Made by a program: the position numbers and the translations under genes. The notes under the pieces were generated by a model that saw nothing but the letters and a program-made list of their open reading frames with translations, had not been told where the DNA came from and did no database searches. 64,000 bases of DNA from Acholeplasmatales bacterium (GTDB lineage Bacteria > Bacillota_I > Bacilli_A > Acholeplasmatales > Anaeroplasmataceae): the NCBI GenBank assembly GCA_024698125.1, contig JAILRQ010000014.1:2679-66678 (forward strand), in the 5' to 3' direction. Shown piece after piece: positions 37,496 through 45,515 of this stretch (position 1 is the first letter of the stretch; each line of letters opens with the position of its first letter).

Positions 37496-38656
37496 TTAAT
37501 TTAATCTCTTATACGCAAGAATATATAGAAGGATTGCAGAGGAATACATAAGGGATGCTCCACTAGACTCTCCAGTTGTGGGATCTAGCTCCTGTGAAAA
37601 AGGATTAGAATTATAATTCCTCTTAAATCCTTCCATCCACTTAGATAAGATATTATCATATTCCCTCTTAAATCCATAGCTATCCATCCAAAGATTACAT
37701 CTTAAGGCTATAAGTGCTTGACTATAATATCCCCAAGAGTTTGGCATCTTATGACTATCTCTTGATTTATCACTTAATGATACTGCAGGTATTGGATAGC
37801 TTGAATTAAACTCATTCTTATTCATTAAGTATTTATGATAAATATTATCTATCATATCTTTATCAACTATTACATGCTCCTGGAATAGATGAAATATTTG
37901 TGATGATTTAACATATATGAAATGATTATCTGAATCCAAATCATAAAAGAAATCAGTTTCCTTATCATATAAATACTTAAAGATATTCTTCTTTACCTCT
38001 TCTGCCATCATATAGTATTTTTCTTTATCTTCTTCAATACCAAGGATTTCAGCAATCCTTGAAAGTGAAGATAGATTACCATAAAGGTTTGATGACATAT
38101 CAACTGCAATATAGGCCTTGTCAGGCAATATATCAGATGATATTCTTTCTCCATTTACCCTGTAGCAGCCACTATACTTATAGCTATCTAGTCTTGCTGA
38201 ATTATCATGACCTGTATCATATCCTACAAATGCTTCAGGAAGCCCCATACCTCTTGTCATTCTATATTTATAAATAAAGTCTATATATCTTTTACCTGAT
38301 TGATATAGCTTATTTATAAGCTTCATATCATGTGTTTTATTATAAACATATAATCCTAATGTAATAAAGGATACACACTCCTGGATTTGTGAATATCCAG
38401 GACCTTCTATATCCTTTATAAAGCATGGATATGCTCCTTTATCATTTTGTAAATCTATGAATGTGTTTATAGTATTTATGGCAATACTATAATCAGAAAA
38501 CAAATCTCCATAGATTACTGCATCATATACATGCTCAAGCCACACTCCAGGATAGGCATTAGATATCATAATCATAGGATTTATGATTCCATGAATAGAT
38601 TTAATATGCTCTTTAATTTTAGATGTTGCGATATCATATAATTCATTGTATTCCAT
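37496..38656 (-). CDS. six-hairpin glycoside-hydrolase-like protein (GH63/MGH1/trehalase-like), tentative
   Basis: 386 aa, helical, with W/Y-rich motifs (PNSWGYYSQALIAL, GVWLEHVYD). Weak recognition only. ATG at 38656. Confidence 0.35.
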   Translation of the reverse strand: MEYNELYDIATSKIKEHIKSIHGIINPMIMISNAYPGVWLEHVYDAVIYGDLFSDYSIAINTINTFIDLQNDKGAYPCFIKDIEGPGYSQIQECVSFITLGLYVYNKTHDMKLINKLYQSGKRYIDFIYKYRMTRGMGLPEAFVGYDTGHDNSARLDSYKYSGCYRVNGERISSDILPDKAYIAVDMSSNLYGNLSSLSRIAEILGIEEDKEKYYMMAEEVKKNIFKYLYDKETDFFYDLDSDNHFIYVKSSQIFHLFQEHVIVDKDMIDNIYHKYLMNKNEFNSSYPIPAVSLSDKSRDSHKMPNSWGYYSQALIALRCNLWMDSYGFKREYDNILSKWMEGFKRNYNSNPFSQELDPTTGESSGASLMYSSAILLYILAYKRLN

Positions 38657-38804
38657 AAATCTCACCACCCCCTATATTCTTTAAAGGAGCAAAAGCCACT
38701 TAGCTTTGCTCCCATTTTGCATATAATGAAGTTTCTTCAAATATATAGTTATTATCTGTATCATGCTGCTTTTAATATATTTCTCCCGAAAATATATTAA
38801 TTAC

Positions 38805-39182
38805 TTAATCTATGTACCATCCTACAAGTACTACTCTATATCTACTATATCTATTCTTTTTAAAGTATACATCAAAGTAATACATAAGACCTATAAGTGG
38901 ATCTAAAAATATTAATATACCAACTCCACTGTATCCTATTCTATATCCTAAAGCAATTGCTTCCTCTAATGTAGCATACTTAAACCAATTTATCATATAT
39001 CTTATCATTGGAGGAGCAAAGAATACATAAGCTACAGTCATCATGCATAATAGCACCTTTTCTACTCCCCATTTTAAGCTAGTATTAATTATAAAAAGTC
39101 CAATTACTCCTATTGTAAAGAGTATAGATATTATTAATATCTTTATTTTAGTTCTAATTAAATCCTTCTTTACCATTTCCAT
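38805..39182 (-). CDS. small membrane protein, unknown function
   Basis: 125 aa with three or four hydrophobic helices. Confidence 0.45.
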   Translation of the reverse strand: MEMVKKDLIRTKIKILIISILFTIGVIGLFIINTSLKWGVEKVLLCMMTVAYVFFAPPMIRYMINWFKYATLEEAIALGYRIGYSGVGILIFLDPLIGLMYYFDVYFKKNRYSRYRVVLVGWYID

Positions 39183-39296
39183 CCCTTAACCTTCTATTTG
39201 ATTATACCATATAAGGGTTAGAAAACATAACAATGGATGGGAATTAAAATAAAAAAGCCTTGATACAAAAGTACCAAAGCTATTGTTTAAAAAATG

Positions 39297-39382
39297 TGGT
39301 AGGGGCGATGGGGGTCGAACCCACACGCTATCACTAGCAGAAGATTTTGAGTCTTCCATGTCTGCCATTCCATCACGCCCCC
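39297..39382 (-). tRNA. tRNA-Leu (anticodon CAA), class II with long variable arm, CCA encoded
   Basis: GGGGGCG TG ATGGAATGGCAGACAT GGAAGA-CTCAAAA-TCTTC TGCTAGTGATAGCGT GTGGG-TTCGACC-CCCAT CGCCCCT ACCA, folded by hand. Confidence 0.85.
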
Positions 39383-39407
39383 GTAAATGTAATAGGGGTT
39401 GTCCCTA

Positions 39408-41108
39408 TTACATCTTATTTACATAATCCATTCCTAATAAACGTAATCCTTCATTGATTACAACTCTTACAGCTCCTGCAAGAATCATATTAGTATTACG
39501 TACTGCCTTATCCTCTGCATTTATCTTTTCCTTTGCATAGAATCCATTAAATGATTGTGCAAGAGATAATAAATACTTTGCAACTACTGATGGTGCAAAC
39601 TCCACAGTTGCACGCTCTACTGTTGTCTTAAAGGCTGATATTAGCTTAATAAGCTCAAAATAGTGAGGCTCATTAAATCTATCCTTACAAATATTATCTA
39701 GGTCAAGCTCCTGTCCATCTACAATAGAGAAGATTCTTACTCCTGTATATTGTAGGTATGGTCCAGTTTGACCTTCAAACTTTAGCATGCTTTCAAGGTT
39801 GAACTCAATATCGTTTGTTCTATGATTCTTTAAATCATTGAATACGATAGCTCCAATTCCAACCTTACGTGCGATATCATCCTTATTTTCAATATTAGGA
39901 TTCTTCTCCTCAATCTGCTTACGAGCTTGAGCTATCGCATCCATTAATACATCATAAAGCTTAACTACATTACCCTTACGAGTACTCATCTTAGTACCAC
40001 CTGTAAGGTATAGTCCAAAGTTAATATGCTCAATACGATCTCCGTAGTCATATCCCATCTTCTTTAATACAGTCTTAAGCTGTGTGAAATGAAGCTTTTG
40101 CTCATTTCCTACAACATATAGACACTTATCAAAGTTATAGCACTTCATACGGTCAAATACTGCGGCTAGATCACGAGTGATATATAATGATCCTCCATCA
40201 CTTCTCTTGATAAGTGCTGGTGGTAGGTCATCACCAAGTTCTACTATTTGAGCTCCTTGGTCCTCCTTTAGAAGTCCCTTTTCTTCTAGCTCCTCTACAA
40301 CTGGATCCATCTTATCATTATAATAAGCCTCTCCATTGTATGAATCAAATGTTACACCAAGAAGGTCATAGATTTGCTGAGACTCCTTTAAAGACTCCTC
40401 TCTAATCCACTTCCATAATGCTACATACTTAGGATCTCCAAGCTCAATCTTACGGAATGCCTCACGAGCCTGCTCATCCATCTCTGGCTTATCCTCAGCC
40501 TCTGTATTAAATCTTACATAAAGCTTTGAAAGCTCATTAATAGGGTCACGCTTAATAGCCTCATCGTCTCCCCACATTTCATAGGCTACAATCATCTTAC
40601 CAAACTGAGTTCCCCAGTCTCCAAGATAATCAATACCAACAGTCTTATATCCAGCCTTTTGGAAAATAAGCTTTAGTGAGTTTCCAATCATAGTTGAACG
40701 AAGATGTCCAATACTAAAAGACTTTGCGATATTTGGAGATGAATAGTCAAGGACAATAGTATGTCCATTTCCTACATTTGAATCTCCATAGCTATCCTTC
40801 TTATCATATACATTCTTTAGCACAGCCTCAGCTACAACACCCTTATCAACAATAATATTAATAAATGGTCCTGTAGGGTTAACCTCCTTAATAAATGGAG
40901 ATAATCCCTTTATAACCTCTACTGCCTCACTAACAACCTCGGGCATAGGCTTCTTAAGCTCCTTTACTACAAGGAACATAGGTACTGAAATATCACCCAT
41001 AGAGGCCTTTTTAGGCTCTTCAATAGTAAGGTTTAATGAAATACCATACTTTTCATTATAATAGGCTTCTAGGCCCTTTTTTAGTGTTTGCTTAATATCA
41101 TCTATCAT
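39408..41108 (-). CDS. argS: arginine--tRNA ligase
   Basis: 566 aa. SSPNIAKSFSIGHLRS is the HIGH region. MSTRKG is the KMSKS-equivalent. A C-terminal DALR-type anticodon-binding domain ends in ...VNKM. Confidence 0.92.
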   Translation of the reverse strand: MIDDIKQTLKKGLEAYYNEKYGISLNLTIEEPKKASMGDISVPMFLVVKELKKPMPEVVSEAVEVIKGLSPFIKEVNPTGPFINIIVDKGVVAEAVLKNVYDKKDSYGDSNVGNGHTIVLDYSSPNIAKSFSIGHLRSTMIGNSLKLIFQKAGYKTVGIDYLGDWGTQFGKMIVAYEMWGDDEAIKRDPINELSKLYVRFNTEAEDKPEMDEQAREAFRKIELGDPKYVALWKWIREESLKESQQIYDLLGVTFDSYNGEAYYNDKMDPVVEELEEKGLLKEDQGAQIVELGDDLPPALIKRSDGGSLYITRDLAAVFDRMKCYNFDKCLYVVGNEQKLHFTQLKTVLKKMGYDYGDRIEHINFGLYLTGGTKMSTRKGNVVKLYDVLMDAIAQARKQIEEKNPNIENKDDIARKVGIGAIVFNDLKNHRTNDIEFNLESMLKFEGQTGPYLQYTGVRIFSIVDGQELDLDNICKDRFNEPHYFELIKLISAFKTTVERATVEFAPSVVAKYLLSLAQSFNGFYAKEKINAEDKAVRNTNMILAGAVRVVINEGLRLLGMDYVNKM

Positions 41109-41127
41109 AATACACCTCTAATAAATA

Positions 41128-41150
41128 AAGAGATAGTCGCCTATCTCTTA
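41128..41150 (-). terminator. hairpin between the 41160 gene and the argS start (terminator or attenuator, uncertain)
   Basis: aagagatag-gcga-ctatctctt followed by tatttatt. It ends only about 20 nt before the argS ATG. Confidence 0.35.
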
Positions 41151-41159
41151 ATTTTTTAA

Positions 41160-41774
41160 TTAGTCCTCTTCTCCAGGATAACGACCAAATGCTTGTTCGA
41201 TTACATAATTCCAAGTTGCTGCTTGGTATGTATCATTAATATAATCATCAGAATTGAATACTACCTCTCCATTTTGGAAAACCCAAAGTGATGGTACGAT
41301 AGTCATGTCTACACCACCAAGTGCACGCTCAACCTCTGATAATACTAGATTATTCTCTTCTCCATAATCCTCATCATCAGTATCAATTGATGTAGCCCAA
41401 ACTGAATCTAGAAGATAAACTCTATCAACATTATATGTTTGTGCTCTATCATTAACTGTTTGGATATATGTTAAATAATCAGTATTTGTAGTAGTTCCAT
41501 AGAATACATATACATAATCAGAAGACTTAACCTTAGTTGTTAGCTTCTTATAAGAAATCTCTTTAAATACATTATCCTCATCTAATGTAGAACCAGAGAA
41601 ATCCTCAACTGCTGCTTGAGCAGTTGTAATCTTTGTATAAAGCTTTTCAGCATCAGATTCAATAGAAAGTACTCCTGTAAAAATTGCTATAACTGCAATA
41701 AAGGCTAATAGAATTGCTAAAGCCTTAGTAAACTTAAATCTTGTTTTTACTTTTCTATGCTTATTAGATCTCAT
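41160..41774 (-). CDS. membrane-anchored protein, unknown function
   Basis: 204 aa. N-terminal basic segment plus one TM helix (ALAILLAFIAVIAIFTGVL). Acidic extracytoplasmic domain. Confidence 0.5.
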   Translation of the reverse strand: MRSNKHRKVKTRFKFTKALAILLAFIAVIAIFTGVLSIESDAEKLYTKITTAQAAVEDFSGSTLDEDNVFKEISYKKLTTKVKSSDYVYVFYGTTTNTDYLTYIQTVNDRAQTYNVDRVYLLDSVWATSIDTDDEDYGEENNLVLSEVERALGGVDMTIVPSLWVFQNGEVVFNSDDYINDTYQAATWNYVIEQAFGRYPGEED

Positions 41775-41857
41775 TTAAAATGACAACCCTTTCTTATACG
41801 ATATACTTAATTAGTATAACATTTTATTTAAAATATATCAATGTAAAAATAATCTTT

Positions 41858-42730
41858 TTATCTGTGTGAAGCAATAAAGAATACTGCTAGAGTTCCAGGT
41901 CCAGAATGTGCTCCAATAACTGGTCCTATTTCACCAATTATAATATCCTCTACATCTATTTCCTTACGGATTAGGGATGCAAGATACTCTGCATCATCCT
42001 TACAATCTCCATGAGAGATAAAAATTGTTTGCTTATATGTTACATCTATTGTGTCTAATAGCTGATTTAGGATTTCCTTAATTGCGCTCTTACGACCAAT
42101 TTTTTTAAATCTATTAATAAGGTGTCCCTCATTATCTACATGAAGTACTGGGTTAATTCTTAAAGCCTTTGCGACAAAGGCAGAGGCATTAGATAATCTT
42201 CCACCTCTCTTTAAGAAATCAATATCAGATACTGTAAACCAGTGTGCAAGCTTAAGCTTCATATTCTCTAGGGCATCATGATTATCCTCAAGAGACATAC
42301 CACTCTCTTTATTCTTTGAGGCATAATATGCAAATAATCCTTCTCCCATAGATGCACATAGTGAATCTACCATTAAAATCTTTCTATCAGGATAATCTGG
42401 TGCTATCTCCTCTATTGCAAGATGAGCACTGTTTGCAGTACCACTAAGCCCTGATGAAAAGATTACGGCAAGGATATCCTTACCCATGTCTAAATGCTTC
42501 TTAAACTCATCTATGAATTGCTGAGGAATTATTTGAGCAGTTGTAAACTGCTTACCCTTTCTTTCAGCCTCATAGAATTCCTTATTAGACATTTCACGTC
42601 CATCAGGATAATTAACATATTCCTTATCATCACACTTAAAAGTTAATGGAATAACAACAAGACCAAGCTTATCTATAAGCTCTTGTGATAGGTCTGTTGT
42701 TGAATCAGTAACTATTACATAATCATTCAT
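41858..42730 (-). CDS. DegV family fatty-acid-binding protein
   Basis: IVTDSTTDL at the N-terminus, 290 aa, GPGTLAVFF near the C-terminus. Confidence 0.85.
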   Translation of the reverse strand: MNDYVIVTDSTTDLSQELIDKLGLVVIPLTFKCDDKEYVNYPDGREMSNKEFYEAERKGKQFTTAQIIPQQFIDEFKKHLDMGKDILAVIFSSGLSGTANSAHLAIEEIAPDYPDRKILMVDSLCASMGEGLFAYYASKNKESGMSLEDNHDALENMKLKLAHWFTVSDIDFLKRGGRLSNASAFVAKALRINPVLHVDNEGHLINRFKKIGRKSAIKEILNQLLDTIDVTYKQTIFISHGDCKDDAEYLASLIRKEIDVEDIIIGEIGPVIGAHSGPGTLAVFFIASHR

Positions 42731-44046
42731 TATTTATTCCCTCTTTTTCTCTTCTTTTTACCTTCAGCCTTATAAAGCTTTACAGAAAGCTCATCCTGAG
42801 CCTTACGAAGCTTTTTCTTATATCCAGGTGTAACCTTATCAGGCTTGTGAATAATCTTTCTGGCTCTTTTTTGTCCTTCATTAAGGGGCTTTAATCTCTT
42901 TTCACGAGCATTTCTTCCCTTATAGTCCTCCAAAGCTCCCTCCTTTATAACCTTATAGATTGGCTTAACACCCTTCTTAGCAAGGTTATCTAGGTATATA
43001 TCATCAAGGTCTGTATAGAATGAATAAACCTCTCCAGTATAATTCATTCTTCCAGTTCTTCCACTTCTATGGATATAGAACTCAAAGTCCTTTGGAATTT
43101 CATAATTTATAACATGTGATACTCCATCAAGATCAATTCCACGTGCCGCAAGGTCAGAGGCTACAATATATTGGTACTTTAAGTCCTGTGCCTCCTTTAA
43201 TACTCTCTTTCTTTCACGTGGAGATAGGTCTCCATGAATCTCTCCTGCAGGAATTCCTTTATTTCTTAAGGCGTTTGCTAAAGAAATAACTGTTTCCTTT
43301 TTATTACAGAATATAATACATAGATATGGATTTATTAAAGCCATTAGATTTTGAAGCATTTCAAATCTATCTCTATGCTTTAAAGGAATCCAAATATGTG
43401 TAATATTAAGCTCACTATTATCCTTAATATCAATCATCTTAGGATTGTCTAAATACTTCTTAATAAATGGTAATACTGTTTCTGCCATTGTAGCTGAGAA
43501 GAACATCATTCTCTTATCCTTAAGGATAGCAGCTACCGCATCAATTGCCTCAGCATATCCAGAATCAAGGCACATATCTACCTCATCTACAATTAAGGTA
43601 TCAGCTGTATATGCCTTTAAGACATTCTCATCAACAACTAAATCCTTTAATCTTCCTGGAGTTGCGATAACAATTTGTGGCTGTGAATTCTTTAGGGTAT
43701 TCATCTCACGAATCTTATCAGTACCACCTACATAAAGACGTACTGATATAGCATCAGGTGAAAATGATGCCATATGCTGACAAACCTTATAGGTTTGACG
43801 AGCAAGCTCAGTTGTAGGTGATATAATAACAGCTTGAACTCTTTGATCAGCTGGATCAAGTGCATTAAAAATAGGAATTAGGAATGCATGTGTTTTTCCA
43901 CTACCTGTTTTACTTCTTACAAGAAGATTCTTATTCTCCTTTAAAGAATCAAAAACATCTCTTTGAACTGTAGAAAAGTCCTTAAATCCTAAATCCTTTA
44001 TAGCTTTAACTATAAAATCCTTTAATTCATATCCTTGAAACTGCAT
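42730..44046 (-). CDS. DEAD-box ATP-dependent RNA helicase
   Basis: Q-motif FSTVQ, Walker A SKTGSGKTHAF, Walker B VDEVD, SAT, HRSGRTGR. Lys-rich C-terminal tail. Confidence 0.9.
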   Translation of the reverse strand: MQFQGYELKDFIVKAIKDLGFKDFSTVQRDVFDSLKENKNLLVRSKTGSGKTHAFLIPIFNALDPADQRVQAVIISPTTELARQTYKVCQHMASFSPDAISVRLYVGGTDKIREMNTLKNSQPQIVIATPGRLKDLVVDENVLKAYTADTLIVDEVDMCLDSGYAEAIDAVAAILKDKRMMFFSATMAETVLPFIKKYLDNPKMIDIKDNSELNITHIWIPLKHRDRFEMLQNLMALINPYLCIIFCNKKETVISLANALRNKGIPAGEIHGDLSPRERKRVLKEAQDLKYQYIVASDLAARGIDLDGVSHVINYEIPKDFEFYIHRSGRTGRMNYTGEVYSFYTDLDDIYLDNLAKKGVKPIYKVIKEGALEDYKGRNAREKRLKPLNEGQKRARKIIHKPDKVTPGYKKKLRKAQDELSVKLYKAEGKKKRKRGNK

Positions 44047-44134
44047 AATATCACCGATTCTTTCACGGTAAAATTATACCAAACAAATGTCCATTTTTCA
44101 ACAACTATGTTATAATAGGGGAGGTGAGGAAATT

Positions 44135-44980
44135 ATGGATATTTTAAGGATAGAACCCCAAGGATTTTGTAGAGGTGTAGAAATGGCCATCGATAAATCC
44201 TTAAATCTAAAACTTAATAAGGATGTATATTGCCTTGGAGCCTTAATCCATAATTCTATTATGGTTGAAAGGCTAAAGGAAAAGGGTATTTTAACTATAT
44301 CTAAAAAGGGTGCCACAAGGCTTGAGCTTTTAGATTTAGTACCTAATAATTCCACTGTTATAATTTCAGCTCATGGTGCATCTCCTGCTGTTTTTGAAAA
44401 GGCTAGGGAAAAAGGATTAAATATAGTAGATGCGACATGTGCATTTGTCTATAGAACACATAATGAAATCAAAAAGTATTTATCTCTTGGATATGATATA
44501 TACTATATTGGAGCAAAGGGGCATGCCGAGGCTGAGGGTGCTTGTGGAATATCTGATAAAATACATTTAATATCTAGTATAGATGATATTGATTCATATG
44601 AGTTTAAGGATAACTCATTTGTAATAAATCAAACAACAATGTCCTTATTTGATATTAAGGATTTTCATGAACGTATTAAGGCTAAAAATCCTAATGTATT
44701 GATATCTAATACTATATGTATGGCTACAACAAAAAGACAGGAGGCTGTAATTAACGCAAGACCTTGTGATCTATTTATAGTTGTAGGAGATAAAATGAGC
44801 TCTAATACAGGAAAGCTTTATAAGCTTGCATCTAATAAATCTAAGGCTATTATGGTTGAAAGCCTTGATGAGCTACTATCATATGATTTTAGTGGTATTA
44901 ATACTATAAACATCACAAGTGGAGCTTCTACTCCTAAGGATGTTGTAGATAGGATTATAGATTATTTAAATACAAAGTAA
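44135..44980 (+). CDS. ispH: 4-hydroxy-3-methylbut-2-enyl diphosphate reductase
   Basis: GFCRGVEMAI, SAHGASP and SSNTGKL motifs. ATG at 44135 with SD GGAGGTGAGG. Confidence 0.9.
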   Translation: MDILRIEPQGFCRGVEMAIDKSLNLKLNKDVYCLGALIHNSIMVERLKEKGILTISKKGATRLELLDLVPNNSTVIISAHGASPAVFEKAREKGLNIVDATCAFVYRTHNEIKKYLSLGYDIYYIGAKGHAEAEGACGISDKIHLISSIDDIDSYEFKDNSFVINQTTMSLFDIKDFHERIKAKNPNVLISNTICMATTKRQEAVINARPCDLFIVVGDKMSSNTGKLYKLASNKSKAIMVESLDELLSYDFSGINTINITSGASTPKDVVDRIIDYLNTK

Positions 44981-45008
44981 AAGAGGATTGTTCAAATCCT
45001 CTTTTTTA
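44981..45008. terminator. bidirectional terminator between ispH and the NUDIX gene
   Basis: aagaggatt-gttca-aatcctctt followed by ttttt. Confidence 0.7.
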
Positions 45009-45425
45009 TTCGTATTCCTTTATAATATCTGCTACATGAGCTCTCTTAAAGTCTCTTCTAATACCTGCATCAATTATCTCTAGGTATTCTTCAACTGTAA
45101 GCCATCTATATTCAATATGCTCGAAAGAAAGCTCTATGTCTTCCTTTTCTGTAGGTACGAAGTATCCCTCAATAAAGAAAGGGTTTCTTTCTTCGTTTAT
45201 ACCTGTAGAATATAAATATTTGTACTCATTAACCTCTACACCAGTTTCTTCCAAAACCTCTCTTTTTAAGGCATCGATGATATCCTCACCGACCTCCTTC
45301 TTACCTCCTGGATTCTCCCAGACTCCAGCAGAGGTATCGTCATAGCCTCTTTTTACAGCAAGTAGCTTATGAAGCTTAGTGTTGTAGATGATAGCTTTAG
45401 CACCAACCCAATATTTTGTTGCCAT
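45006..45425 (-). CDS. NUDIX hydrolase
   Basis: Nudix box GGKKEVGEDIIDALKREVLEETG. Confidence 0.85.
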   Translation of the reverse strand: MATKYWVGAKAIIYNTKLHKLLAVKRGYDDTSAGVWENPGGKKEVGEDIIDALKREVLEETGVEVNEYKYLYSTGINEERNPFFIEGYFVPTEKEDIELSFEHIEYRWLTVEEYLEIIDAGIRRDFKRAHVADIIKEYE

Positions 45426-45515
45426 AGTATCGCCTCCCTCTATTTATAATTCTAACCGATATTTCTTTTTAATGCAAATTTATAAGAAAAGGAGGATTTG
45501 AAAATCCTCCATTAC

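Noticed and set aside
39186-39368. 60-aa ORF overlapping the tRNA-Leu gene
   Set aside because: The sequence folds as a complete class II tRNA. The ORF is an artefact of the GC-rich tRNA.
39297-39382. tRNA-Leu as an integration hot-spot for an island
   Set aside because: There is no integrase, no repeat of the tRNA 3' end, and no phage or ICE genes on either side.
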